From NCBI RefSeq assembly GCF_006345805.1, contig NC_043000.1:100006001-100070000 (forward strand): a stretch of 64,000 bases of DNA, given 5' to 3'. Below the pieces are notes generated by a model. It was given only the letters and a program-made list of their open reading frames with translations, was not told the DNA's origin and ran no database searches. Shown piece by piece: positions 1 to 13,405 of the stretch. Made by a program: the position numbers and the translations under genes. Numbering within the stretch: position 1 is the first letter of the stretch; every line of letters begins with the position of its first letter. The stretch is from Octopus sinensis (lineage: Eukaryota).

Positions 1-71
1 GCACGACAAAGAAATAATGCTATCGTTAAGAGATAGATTGTTTACTCACTTGTTTCCTGACTGAGAATGAA

Positions 72-450
72 GTGATTTCCTCCATTCTTGGAACTGCAAT
101 TGATGCATCTCTGGGAACTGGAGCTTTTTGCCCATTGGACCTGGAATACATGGAAAGAAAACGAAGAACGAAAGCAGCAACAATAACTGAAGAGATTCTC
201 ACGACTGTAGCAACTAGGTCTTTTGGTCTTCTACATGAGTCTGTTGCCATTTTTCTCGAAGTCCTCAGCTGTTCACAGACACGGTTTGGCCTTATGAGTT
301 TCAAAGATTACAGAACCATACTGGAATTGTGCCCATTGATAGGGCTCGAGTAAAGGGGATGTCGTTAATTATACAGGGCAGCAAGCTTAGTTGTTACATT
401 TTTCAGAGTAAAACATATCTTAGAGCGGAAGGTCCAGAAAAGCTGAAAAG
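72..450 (+). mobile_element. Decayed non-LTR retrotransposon ORF1 (gag-like) fragment with degenerate CCHC zinc knuckle
   Basis: After a frameshift the + strand reads SLIIQGSKLS-CYIFQSKTYLRAEGP-EK, which has CX2CX4HX4C spacing with single-base changes (TGT>TTT, CAT>TAT, TGT>GGT). Confidence 0.45.
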
Positions 451-1234
451 GTCAAACAAAAACAAAAAAAATAAGATAAAATAAAAAGAAAACGAAAATA
501 ATGAAAATCGACGGCAATATCATAAAAGGAAAAAAAATCCTACAAAATCCAATTTCCAGATTACCACCAGCCCAAACTCTGGAGATAGCATGCAAAATAT
601 CTCTGTATCAGAAACGAACGATTAAATACTTCCTCTTTTGACGATACTACCACACCTTCATCATGCAATCAGGAGACAATAACTATTACTCATGAAAATT
701 CTCAAAAGGAAGAAAACGACCACAGAAAAAGACCCAACATAAACAACAGAAGTAGGTAATGCGCAATCATTTTTATCCAAAGTCAATGAAATACCCCCTT
801 AGGACACTAACGAAGAAACTGACGATGACGAAGATTAAGATCTCCTGTTCTTTGAAAATCAAACGAATAGTTAATCAACAAAATGATGCATTTGTAGGAC
901 CGCGGACTCGCTGAAGGAGTTATAAGGACATAAAACCAATTAGATTAAAAGTATAAACAACATGCAAAATAGATATTATTAGTAAAGAAGTTGGAGCTTT
1001 CAACACCAAGTTTAAAAAAAACAACAACAAAAACAAACAAAGACATATTCACTGGTGTATTTGGCTGCACATAAACAAAGGTTAAGTTTTAGTAAAGTGA
1101 ACAGGATCATGAAGTGCACAAACTCAACCAAACCAGTAATCATGCGCGTTTTATTTCCTTTCATTATACTTTGCTTTGATTATTGCTTTTAATGTACTTT
1201 ACTATTTATTTCAGAGCAAATATATGTATAAGTC

Positions 1235-1266
<32 letters not shown>

Positions 1267-1434
1267 ATATTATATATATATATATATGTATGTCTATTTG
1301 TATGCATGTGTGTCTACATATGTGTGTATATATGTATACATGTATGTGCATGTATATGAGTCTGCGTGTTCGCGCTTTTCCTTATGCACACATATGCGGA
1401 CTTTAAATTAATAATCCTTCAGCATATTGTAAAG

Positions 1435-1891
1435 CGTTTCTCAAAGGACTGAAGACAAGCACTTTTTCTCTTCGGCCTATCCTTCATCAACTTTATAAAA
1501 TTTCACTTGGAAAGGAAGATGAGGGTGGAGAGAGAAGTGATGCCCACCCACCCGTAATACATTTGCCGAAAGGTGGGTGAATGTAGCGAAAATGGCCTGT
1601 GTGAGTGGATCTGCTCTAAAAATGCGCTTGTAGGCTGGTGAATTTGAAGAGAGAGGTACCCTTCCCGAGTACTCTCGAAGCACCGGATAGTTCAGTATTG
1701 GTGGGGTACCTGAACCAACCCTGGGTGGTTATCCCCACCTATTGGGGAATTTTCACCTTTATATTTTTCTTGTTTAATGTGTATTGTTATTGTTTTCCTA
1801 ATTATTTACTCGTTGTTTTGTGTAAATCCCTCACTGTCCCCTTCTACTGCATGTCGGCTATGGTGACCAATAAATGAAGTTATTATTATTA

Positions 1892-1973
<82 letters not shown>
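1435..1973 (+). mobile_element. 3' end of an L1/Tx1-type LINE (ORF2 C-terminus, 3' UTR, (TTA)n tail)
   Basis: Broken frame FIKFHLERKMRVEREV...FAERWVNVAKMACVSGSALKMRL*, then a UTR, AATAAA at ~1868 and a long TTA tail; clade assignment is from recall. Confidence 0.6.
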
Positions 1974-1974
<1 letters not shown>

Positions 1975-2810
1975 GAGCAAACCTATACATCGAATATAAT
2001 GTCGATTAATTTTTTTTAACAACTTATTATAATTGTAAAATGATAAGAGCAAATTACTTTGTAAATGAGTTATATATTCTCACCTTATCTGTTCTTGCTT
2101 TCTGAGGATGGAAATACGTATAAGCTTAATCACAGTCAATATTCTTAAGCAACTTATTTTACTTGGAACTGTGTAATTTTAATTTTAATTAATTCGAAAA
2201 TGATAAGAACAAATCATTTTTAAAGGAAATATATTTTAATTTATATTTATGCTACCTGTTTTTCTTTTATATCAGGAAATAAATGTAATTATGAAAAAAA
2301 ATAAATGTTTGTAAAGATGAAAAGTTCATTTATATTTAAAATTACACACAATACCTCTAAACAATCTAAAACATCTCTATTTTCGTATCTAATACAAAAT
2401 CTTGGATTCTGTCTGTGGAAATAACGTTTTAAAAGGTTTTTTGGCATAATAGCAACAATTCTTCGCAAAATAACTATCCAAAGACTTAAAAGATGTTTTT
2501 TTTTTAACGTATAGTGTCATATAATGAATAAACATTTGAATGTAACAATGTGACCAAAATATTTATGACCAGGTTTAGCATGTTTATTTTCTGTGGTTTA
2601 TGCAAGAAGACAGAATAATAATCTACCATGGTGTTCACGACTGAAACTTTCGAAGGTACCAACTTCCCCGTGACATTGTAGAAAGGGATGCATTACATTT
2701 GGTAAATAGATTTTCTATCAGCTGAAAATTATTTGAGAAATCAATAGGAGCAAATTTGTTCACCATATAGAAACATAAAGAATAGTCTTCATCCGAGTCA
2801 CATTCTCCAA

Positions 2811-3166
2811 GCTGGAGTACCGTCTTGAAGGGTTTTCGTCCAACAAATCGACTCCAGGACTTATTTTTAAACCGTAGTACTTATTCTATCGGTTTCTTTT
2901 GCCAAACCACTTAGTTACGAGGGCATAAATACACCAACACCGGTTGTCAAGCGGTGATCAGGGGACAAACACAAAGACACACACACATATACATACATAT
3001 ATATAACGGGCTTCTTTCAGATTCCGTCTACCAAATCCACTCACAAGGCTTTGGTCGGCCCGGGGCTATAGTAGAAGAGGCTTACCCAAGGAACTACGCA
3101 GTTGGACTGGACTCAAAGCCATGTGGTTGGAAGCAAGCTTCTTACCAGACAGCCACACCTGCACCT
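2811..3166 (-). mobile_element. tRNA-derived SINE family A (CORE-like)
   Basis: Reverse complement of the head TGGCTGT..GGTAAG...CCTTGGGtAAG...GGATTTGGTAGACGGAA; same body as the copies at 14983, 31704, 44801 and 62512. Confidence 0.8.
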
Positions 3167-5030
3167 ATGTCTAATAGTCTGAAGTTTCTTCCATACTAAT
3201 TGAGAGAGGCGAAAAACATGAGAGTGGACACTAATTTTAGCGTCAGATACACGAACCAAAGTGTTACGTACAGCCAACTTGAAATAACTGCTGATATCCA
3301 TTGTTATAATCCAGATTAAAATTAGCGAAAATCTCAACAAAAGTTTCCTACACAATGCTATGCTGTTCTTCTGTTTTTCGAGGCATAAACACTTAGATTT
3401 AGTGCTTCAATTCTCCATAGATACTTCTATGAGTGGTATATAATCCGTAGAGCGAATCTGACTACTTGCTGATCTTTCCATCAATAAACCGGTGGGAACC
3501 CTGGTTAAGATACTTAAGGGACGACGGGACTGAAAACAGGATTCTGTTTTGAATAATCAGTATCACTGTCAGAATTAGAAATTGTTCTTGATCTAATGCT
3601 CTTGTAAATTTTCTCTAAATAGTTGATTTTTAATGGTCTTCGGAGAGAGTGCAAATTGCAGCTACTTTTCAGACAAATATTTCTCTTCGATGTATTGATG
3701 AAGGCAGGATAAAGCAATCAAAGAAACTTTAGCACTGACCTCACAGAGAATGATGCCTGGAGTTTTGGTTGTTTATTTTTTTTTAAACAATAGAACTATA
3801 TTAGTGACCAGATCGCATCTAAAATAGAACTATATTAGTGACCAGATCGCATCTAAAATGGTATTACACAAATAAATATTCGGTTAGGGTTATCTAAAAA
3901 TAACCTATCGCAGAAATATATATTAACACAGCAGGTACTCCGTACTACACGAAACGTAATACGATACTCAGTATTCACTGTTTGACTACCGACTGTTAAG
4001 TCAACACAAGTCGAACTAACACGGTAAACTAACACCGTCAACTACCCCCTGACAGTTCATTTATTGTAATCGGTTAGTGCACCAGTCACGTGGGGGTGTT
4101 CAGAATTCTCCCATAACACTTTCCTACTCCTTCTTTCACAAAGTATATTATTTACTATTTCTTGCCCATGAATGTAGCTCACGCTATCTGATTTTCTTCA
4201 TTAGTTGCACTCGGCTTTTCAAACATAGTGGACGTAAAACTACTATTTTGATTTCCTTCGTGTCATCTTCACGCTGAAAAAGAACTCTTTCCGAAAAGTT
4301 AGATACTTTACTCTCCATTAAAATTTCACCGAACAATTTACATGCACACAAACACAATAATACGTATATGTGTATAGCTGTGTGTGTGTATGTGTGTGTG
4401 TGTAAGTATATATGTGCATGCATACATTCTATAACAGGAAGCGCGTTTTCTTTGATAAAATTAATTTCATACACATATATATATATAATCTGAATGATAT
4501 GATCTGAATGATATGATATATATATGTAAAAAATGTAATATATAAATAAATATCTATAAATATGAACCATCCGATCTTCTGATTACCTCATTTCTTCTAA
4601 TATATATATATATATATATAAGATATTATGACATAAGTATGTATATATATATATATGTGTGAGTGTGTGTGTGTATGTATGTGTATATATATATACATAT
4701 ATATATATGTATATATATATGTGTATATATATAGCTATGTAGCTATATATATATACATATTCATATACATGTATATTCATACACACACACAAACACACAA
4801 ACACACACGAACACACACACATATAAAGGTTAATTATATTCGCAAATATTGCAGAAAGTAAGAAAGTATAAGGGGCTCGACTATCGAGTATGGTCTAATA
4901 TGAAGACAATTAAGACTAAAATTGATTTTGTGATACACTATACAAAGAAGATTAAGTATATATCTACTTCAACGGTTATCTTTCGTGAGAAACGTATTCT
5001 TCAGATACATGCGCATGCGCATACACAACA

Positions 5031-5106
<76 letters not shown>

Positions 5107-5146
5107 CTATATATATACATATATATATACATATATATATACATAA

Positions 5147-5214
<68 letters not shown>

Positions 5215-6102
5215 ACACAATTATACATGACCGCATCTTTCATAAAAAAATCAATGTCATATGTTTAAATAATGACACCATCTTTGAAAGCTGAGCAGAA
5301 AATGTGAAATAGATAATAATGATAACACTACCACCACCACCACTACCACCACCACCACAACAACGATAAACAACAACAACGACGACGACGACGACAATAA
5401 CAACAACAACAACAACAATAATAATGATAATAATGTTGAAATGATATAAGTAGCCGGTCTTGAGTATACGCTTTTGATGTCCGTATTTAGATATTTAAGT
5501 GCTTATATATTTGAGTATTTGCATGTCTAGATATTTCAATATAGTTTCTATAATTTACTATACCTCTTGCCGACAATGTATTTGTGTGCATACATGTGAA
5601 TGTGTGCGTGTGTGTATGCATGTATGTGTGTATATGTGTTCTTGAGCATATGTATGCGCAGGTAGGTCTGTGCACATGGAGTGGGGCAGGTGTACATGTT
5701 CGTGTCTCTGTGTGTATGCATAATGATGTATGCATACAAGAATCTAATGTCATGTTATACACATTGATGAGAACAGAACTGTCGTCTATGCACATGTGGT
5801 TATATGAATCAATGTATTTATACATGCATATATACGTGTACGTATATAACATATTCGTGTGAGTATATGTATGCGTGTGTTTATCTTTAAAGTATTCTAT
5901 GTGATTGCTTATGCTTATAATCTTATTTTAATGCTCCCTGTTTGTTTCTGTTCTGTTTTATAACTTTCATTCATTACGTCAGCATAATGCATGTGAACGA
6001 GTGTATATATATATATATATATATACATGTGCCTGTGTCTTTATATGTATACGGTATTTGTATGTATATATATATATATATATTATATATATATATACAT
6101 AT

Positions 6103-6190
<88 letters not shown>

Positions 6191-6192
<2 letters not shown>

Positions 6193-6471
6193 CACATTTA
6201 TGCGTATATGCATACACAATTACGTGTAGAAACATACATGTATTTCCATATATATACAATCGCGCAAACACAAACATATACGCGCGCGCGTGCACACACA
6301 TACTCATGGGTACTATTACACAATCACACGCATATAGGTGTGTGTGTTTTTGTTTATGTTATAAAAATAAATACGTTACATCAAAGATTTCAACTTTGCT
6401 CTTTAATTCTGAAATCGATTTATATTCAGAGGTGAACATACAGACACATATGCATACACATTCTCTCTCTC

Positions 6472-6554
<83 letters not shown>

Positions 6555-6841
6555 ATATACAGCACATTTATGCGTATATGCATACACAATTACGTGTAGA
6601 AACATACATGTATTTCCATATATATACAATCGCGCAAACACAAACATATACGCGCGCGCGTGCACACACATACTCATGGGTACTATTACACAATCACACG
6701 CATATAGGTGTGTGTGTTTTTGTTTATGTTATAAAAATAAATACGTTACATCAAAGATTTCAACTTTGCTCTTTAATTCTGAAATCGATTTATATTCAGA
6801 GGTGAACATACAGACACATATGCATACACATTCTCTCTCTC

Positions 6842-6872
<31 letters not shown>
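6191..6872. repeat. Tandem duplication with 370-bp period
   Basis: 6191-6480 recurs at 6561-6850, apparently identical, with (CA)n(TA)n junctions. Confidence 0.9.
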
Positions 6873-6874
<2 letters not shown>

Positions 6875-7327
6875 TTCATAAATACCACGGGCACACATAT
6901 ACACACATTCATACCCATGTACGCACACATACTCACAGATACACATACACACGAACACACTTTCTCTATCAAGCACATACATACTAAAAGGCACATACGT
7001 TAGTATACATCATATACATACACAACGTAAAAAAAAAAGAGAAATTATGCAGAAACTCATAATTCCATATCTATTAATCTATGTATATATTTACATACAT
7101 ACATCTTTGTAAGTATACATACTTGGGTACATATATTTATAGAGACACGCCTGCAAGAGATATACTGGTAGAATCGGTCGAGTGGTTGGTGAAAAGAGAC
7201 TTTCTGCTTGCATTTAGTTACTGCCCCTTATTTTCTAAGTTTACATTTCGGCATTTTATCCTCGTTGGTAGTTGATCAGAAAATTGCACTAGTTTACAAA
7301 TACTACATGCAGTTAAATCGACTAGAC

Positions 7328-7655
7328 CAAGGTTTCTTAACCATTATATATGAACCTCTTTGATTACTATTTTATTCAGGTGGGCTCCCACAACCATTCG
7401 ACGTTTAAAAACTAATTTTATAGAAACTTCTTTCAAACGTCCTATTTTGCTTTTCACACATTAACTTGTGTAGGTCGAACTCAGTCAGATGTTAGAGAAA
7501 GAAACCTAACTGTTTCTGGAAATACATTCCAATACATGCATAAAGAGGAAAACTGTTTCAGGGCTTTTAAAATACTATTGTGAATCTCCAATTTACTATT
7601 TTGATACGTGCCCCACCACCTCAAGTCTTATATATGCCCTAGTTGAGAACTGCTG
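7328..7655. mobile_element. Non-autonomous hAT (Charlie/Buster-type) element
   Basis: TIR-like ends CAAGGTTTCTTAACC / AGTTGAGAACTGCTG; degenerate 8-bp TSD gactagac / gcctagat. Confidence 0.6.
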
Positions 7656-8234
7656 GCCTAGATAGTACTCTGGTCTTGGCTTCGGTCGAATGTTTGATAT
7701 CAGTCAAGAAACATACATATACATACATACATATACACATCGGGTGTAAAGTTAAATATGTAACACAAGAGCCAAGAATCTCATGCAAGGATGAATTACA
7801 ATTTTAATTTTGTTAAAAAAAAACAAAACTATTATACACAAATATATTCCCCCCGCCCCCTAATACAGGAGATTAGAGCGAGCGACGCAGGCCCAGATTG
7901 AAAAATTCTTAAGCGAGTCTGAGATATAAAAGCTTTTGGCACAGTTGAGGTGAGATTCCCAACTCAAGAAAAACCCAAAGAAACTGCAATAACAAACCTC
8001 AAAAGTGAAGAATTGTACCTAACTGCAACATACTTTCGGCCATAGAGTTGTTGTAGCTTTTCACCCGATAACCACACACACGTCCGTGCACATATATGCT
8101 TATACGTTTATTGCTAACTGTTGGAAGAAAGATTACAACAGAAGAGATTAATTATATTTTTATTATGCCCGTCAGCCTGTTGCTACTCAGAGTTTTGCTA
8201 GTGGGTGCACAGGGTCTTCAGATAAGGTACGACT

Positions 8235-8365
8235 CTCTCTATATATAGTTGAAATTTACAGAAAAACAATAGACGAAGTCAGGTGTATGAACAACAAGCA
8301 GGTGTATTAGTTTGACACTCGGGTAAAGTGAGAAAGTCTTTTACGTTTCGAGTCTACGCTCTTCA
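8235..8365 (-). mobile_element. Penelope-like terminal repeat fragment with truncated mini-hammerhead
   Basis: Homologous to 13155-13275; minus strand GAAGAGCGTAGACTC-GAAA-CGTA, CUG part lost. Confidence 0.5.
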
Positions 8366-8575
8366 TGTGTGTGGTATATGTGTATCTGTGTGTATGTGTG
8401 TGTGTGCATGTGCATGTGTGTGTATGAGTGTGTGTGTGTGCACGCATGTATATGTATGTACATATGCATTCTTCCCACAATACCTTTACATCTTCCCATG
8501 AGTCTAATCCCACAGCCCATCCTGCTTCGTTCCTTTTGATTTCCGACATGCTATCAGTTACCTCATTCTCCTGAC

Positions 8576-8758
8576 CAGTGGTTCTTAAACCGTTTTTTTT
8601 TGCCTATGAATACTTTTCATTCCTTTTTGTTCTACTGGAGCTCCATAGCCATTCAATGCATATGAGAAAACTCCGACTGTGTTTTTATAATTCAATATTA
8701 TTAGGAAGTGTATAAAGAATGTTAAAATATTTTGTGTATTTTAGAAGTAGAACCAGTC
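8576..8758. mobile_element. Truncated hAT non-autonomous element related to 7328-7655
   Basis: Starts CAGTGGTTCTTAAACC and shares the ...CCATAGCCATTCAATG... internal motif. Confidence 0.4.
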
Positions 8759-8881
8759 AACAATAACGAAAGAGTATAATGACCTTGTTTGTATCTTGTG
8801 CTATGTGTTTTACCAGCTGTCTGTAGTTATATATACACACACACTAACACTTGTGTATGGATATTTATATGTATATATACT

Positions 8882-8914
<33 letters not shown>

Positions 8915-9594
8915 TATATATTATATATATATATATGCAAACACATACACACTCATATATAGGCTCATCGATAATGAACGACCGATTCAAAAACAAGAAT
9001 ACACACACACACGCACACACATACACACATATTTATATAGACGTACACATTCTTATATATTCTTATGTATTGAGTTTTCTCTAGTGTATTTCATCAAACC
9101 CCTATGCATCGAGAGATACAGAGACAAAAGGGAAGGAAATTTTAAAAAAAATGATAAAGAAATAGAGAAATGGAGAGAGAAATTAAAATAGAGAGAGAAA
9201 GAGAGAGCAAGCAAGCAAAACGGTAAATGACAATAAAAGGAGATATCTATAGAAGGAAAGAGAAATGTCCAAAGAATAATAAAAGGTATGGGAAGTAATA
9301 AAACCAGAATGAAAAATACAATAAAATGATAATAAAAGGAGAAATAAGATAAAAGACAAACACACAAAAATTAAATTAAGCAATTTAATCGACGAATAAG
9401 AGTTTGACAAAAACGAAATGAGAATGAAGGAATACAAGAATAAATGGAAGATAATGGAATAAAGTAATTAGTAAAATGGCTACTTAATCAAGATTAATGA
9501 TTTTCAATGAAATATGAATAAATAAATTCAATATAGAAACCGCAAAAAGTAATAAAAATAAAATAAAAAAACAAAGTGAGATAATTTACAATAA

Positions 9595-9810
9595 TGATTT
9601 CAAATTTTGGCAGTAGGCCACAGTTTTAGGTGGGGTGAGGCTGCTCGATTTACATCTATCTTAGGACTTCATTGATACTTGTTTTACCAACTCCGGAAAG
9701 ATGAAAGGCAAAGTCGACCTCAGCGGCATCTGAACTCAGAACTTCAAGAGTCAGGAGAAATGCCACTTAGCACTTTCTGTGACGCACTAACGATTTTGCC
9801 AGCTCGCCAT
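9595..9810 (-). mobile_element. SINE family B, old copy
   Basis: GATGAAAGGCAAAGTCGACCTC...GAACTCAGAAC...GCCAGCTCGCC, the reverse complement of the family B head and core. Confidence 0.75.
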
Positions 9811-10021
9811 TTTGTTATGGAGTTGAGTATATTGTTGTTATATTAGTGTTTGTTCTGTAATTCTTGGTATGATTAATGTAAGTTGTGTTATTTTATTGGG
9901 TATTAGTATCGCAGAGTATATGTTGTGCGAGTATGTTGTTTTAGATATTTTAGGTGCTTGTTTTAGGTATTTAGGTGTTTATTGTAAAGGGTGTGTGTTG
10001 TATGTGAAGATTGTTCTATTT

Positions 10022-10250
10022 CAAAATGGCGGCGAGCTGGCAGAAACGTTAGCTCGCCGGGCGAAATGCTAAGTAGTATTTCGTCTGCCGTTACGTTCTG
10101 AGTTCAAATTCCGCCGAAGTCGACTTTGCCTTTCATCCTTTCGGGTTCGATAAATTAAGTACCAGTTACGCACTGGGGTCGATATAATCGACTTAATTCT
10201 GTCCTTGTTTGTTTCCTCTATGTTTAGCCCCTTGTGGGTAGTAAAGAAAT
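10022..10250 (+). mobile_element. SINE family B, young full copy with 14-bp TSD
   Basis: Head GGCGGCGAGCTGGCAGAAACGTTAG, core GACTTTGCCTTTCATCCTTTCGGG, tail ...TAAAGAAAT; AGATTGTTCTATTT on both sides (10008-10021, 10251-10264). Confidence 0.9.
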
Positions 10251-10269
10251 AGATTGTTCTATTTTAGCT

Positions 10270-11340
10270 ATTTTATTAAATTGATAACGTCTTGCGTAAG
10301 ATGAGCGCTGTTCCCAGCAGAACTATTCTCTTGACTGAAGTGTCGTAAGTCCTGGTAAGACATCTATGTCTCTTTTCATATTTTAAAATCATTAATGCTT
10401 CAATTTTTATTGGCATTGTTTTCATCCTCATGCCCCACATCTTGAATATTTCAATCTCAATGTCCTTGCATTTTGATAGCTTCTCCACTTCTTATCGGGC
10501 ATTATTTACAGCAGAAAGGACTGCAATGTTTAAGCGTGCATGTATATATTTTCCAGTCTTAATTCTATATCTGGATGGTTCGCATTTATGTCTGAACGGT
10601 TATCTTTGTTACATTGGACAAGTGTGTCTCGGATTACTGTGATAACTTCTTGTTCGTTTCCACATTGAAATATTGCATATTGTCCAGTGGATATACATGC
10701 CAACTCGATCATGCTTGCATATGTTCAGATTTGTCAAGAACAAGACCATCGGAGATGATGTGGTCTTCTGTTTCATTGTACATCTTATGTTAAGATCTAT
10801 TTTCATGATTTTGTTTTTAAATCTGTTTATGACCAAACACTGGTCTTGTGCAGTGAGAATTAGTCCTTCCTTTTCTGCTTTTAGACCGTAGCTTTTGAGC
10901 CATTGTTAACGTTCACTTTGGCTTACTTCTCCTCTATCGAGCTTTGCAGATTATTTGGTTGTTGTAGCTTTCCTTTCCATTTCTTCATTAGTATGGTTTG
11001 TGATTTTGTTTTGTTATCTAAATTTATTGTTTCAGGGTATTCTGTGTCTGTTTTGCATTTTATCACTTCCTCGCCTATAGAGGAATTTTGTGCTTCTTTT
11101 TCATGTTTTTTTTTATATTACATTTATGAGTCTGCTGTTGTTTCTAGGTATTTATCCTATTCAATTATTATTATTTTATAAAAGTTTTATGCTTGCGTCA
11201 AGCCACGCTCTCCTTGTGTGAGGTATAGGTATATTCTGTCTATAGCTGTTTTGGGATGGTGGCTTCGGTATGCTGTTAGTACTTACCTGGCTTTCTATCT
11301 AATAATTTCTATTCACTTAGGTGTAGTTTCTCACTGGTAT
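10270..11340 (-). mobile_element. Degenerate R4/Dong-type (RLE) LINE, C-terminal part
   Basis: Frameshifted peptides HPKTAIDRIYL, GLKAEKEGLILTAQDQCL, EKLSKCKDIEIEIFKMW...IVLLGTALILRKTLSI*; similar to the 27283-27582 ORF. Confidence 0.7.
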
Positions 11341-11555
11341 GGTTAGCACATTCATACCCATTATATTATTTCTAGCAATCAGCACACTTTTTAACATCTA
11401 ACCAAACTGGAATGCCTACTTCTTATGGAAGGGCCAGGCTCCGCTGGCTATTAAACCCATCTGCTCTCATCACTCACTCTGTGGCCTTAGGATGCTGTCC
11501 ATATTGATGCTGAAATAAGTAAATTCCAAAAAATATTTCATTATTATTATTACTA

Positions 11556-11632
<77 letters not shown>

Positions 11633-12255
11633 AAGGCGGGAGCTGGAGATCATTAGCACATCAGACAAACTACTTAGTGGCATTCCTTTCGGTTCTTTAC
11701 TTTCTCACGAGTCTGAAAGGACCTTCTCTGTGTATGTTTGTCCAAGTAGTGGGGAAGAAACTGGAAGACACCAGTATCGATGCCTCGAAGACGGCAGAGT
11801 AATCCGAGCATTTTTTATGGATAGTTTTCCCCAATTACCCAAAGTAGCCTGCCCCGCTATAGGGGATTTTTATTTATTATATAAATATTTTCAGTTCTGT
11901 TTCTATATCTTTTGTTATGTTCTTATTCTTGTCGGTTCTCTTTTGATTAATGTAAAACCACCTTTTGTGTGTTGTATTTCGTCTTTTGATATCATCCCCA
12001 TTGGCCTCTTGTTTAATTATTAAAAAAAATAAAATAAAAGCATACATTACTATGGTTCTTTGGCGAACTGACAGAATTTTTAGAACCAAATCTTTAGTGG
12101 CCTGAGTTCAAGTGCTGCCGAGGGCGACTTTGCCTGGTATCCTTTCAGGCTGATAAAACAAAGTACCAGTTGAGCACTAGAGTTGATGTAATCGACGAAA
12201 CTCTTCCTCTCAAAAAGTTTTTGGTCTTGTGCCAAAATTAGAACAAATTATTATT
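11633..12255 (+). mobile_element. SINE family B split by a ~400-bp insertion (11705-12100, possible LINE ORF1 relic on the - strand)
   Basis: Head at 11633-11704 resumes with CTGAGTTCAAG...GACTTTGCC at ~12102. Confidence 0.6.
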
Positions 12256-12348
12256 TGTAGTAGTTGTAGTAAGAGAGGTAGCAGTAATAGCAACAACAGT
12301 AGTATCAGTCGCACAATAGCAACAAAAGAGAAGTAGTACTAGTAGTTC

Positions 12349-12427
<79 letters not shown>

Positions 12428-12896
12428 GTTGGTGGTAATTTCCGATCAACTTCCGCTGATTGGGAATTCAGTTGGCGAGGGAAAAGGTCATCTTTTGTTT
12501 ACATCAAAAACTAAACCGATTCGTTGTCCACTCATAAACACACATACGCATACGCGGTAGCTCACAAATGTCCGCAAAGTGCATTCACACCCAATAAAAA
12601 CAAGCAACACGATTGTGTAGCCCACACAACATCAATCAGCATTTCGAATAAAAGCACGTTTGAATGCGGTCTCACATGAGGACTACCTCTTAAACTCACG
12701 TGTGTGTTCGTATGTAAATATTCACACATGCACTATTCATACGTAAATGTATACATAAACACATAGTTTTAACCGAATGAAGAACTAACGGCAGGTGTAT
12801 AGTCAGGTATTTTTAATTATTTTATTGAGAGTGATGCCGGTGTTCGGCTTCATCTGATGCTGCGGCAACTGGTTAAAAATTATCTGTACGTATATA

Positions 12897-13003
12897 CTAT
12901 GTATGTATGTATGTATGTATGTATGTATGTATGTATGTATGTATGTATGTATGTATGTATGTATGTCTGTATGTCTGTATGAATGTATGTATGTGTATGT
13001 ATG

Positions 13004-13037
<34 letters not shown>

Positions 13038-13152
13038 TGTATGTATGTATGTATGTGTGTATGTTTGTATGTATGTATGCCTGTCTGTCTGTATGTATAT
13101 ATGCAAGCGCATATGTATGTGTGTGTATGCATATATATATATATATATATAA
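12897..13152. repeat. (TATG)n / (TA)n microsatellite mosaic
   Basis: Direct reading. Confidence 0.95.
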
Positions 13153-13154
13153 TA

Positions 13155-13405
13155 TAGTGAGAATTTACAATAAACAAAATACGAAGACGGGTGTGTAAAC
13201 AACAAACAGATGTATTAGTTTAACGCTCGAGAAGTGAGAAAGTCTTTTACGTTTCGAACCTACGCTCTTCGACAGAAAGGAACACAAAAATAAACAGGAA
13301 GAGAAAACAGAAAAAGGTTTAGTGGCTAGCGATCTATCATGGCGAATGCCAGACAGAGGGGTCACACAAGAAAGCTAGGAAGAAGGGAGATGATAAAGTA
13401 GTGAT
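13155..13405 (-). mobile_element. Penelope-like terminal repeat with mini-hammerhead-like motif (13243-13280)
   Basis: Minus strand cttt-CTGTCGA-A-GAGC-GTAG-GTTC-GAAA-C-GTA-aaag; A6>U variant core; flanked by (TA)n. Confidence 0.55.

Noticed and set aside
2084-2101. Possible 18-nt minus-strand micro-exon (CAG|AAAGCAAGAACAGATAAG|GTGAGA)
   Set aside because: Such matches arise by chance in 64 kb; it sits in a diverged local repeat and has no partner exons
2560-3760. Possible hAT transposase relic (FCGLC; FCFSRHKHLDLVLQ)
   Set aside because: Motif similarity too weak to call without an alignment
4955-5010. Hammerhead-like CUGAAGA...GAAG on the minus strand; similar weak motif at 13558-13585
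   Set aside because: Core and stems too degenerate to distinguish from chance
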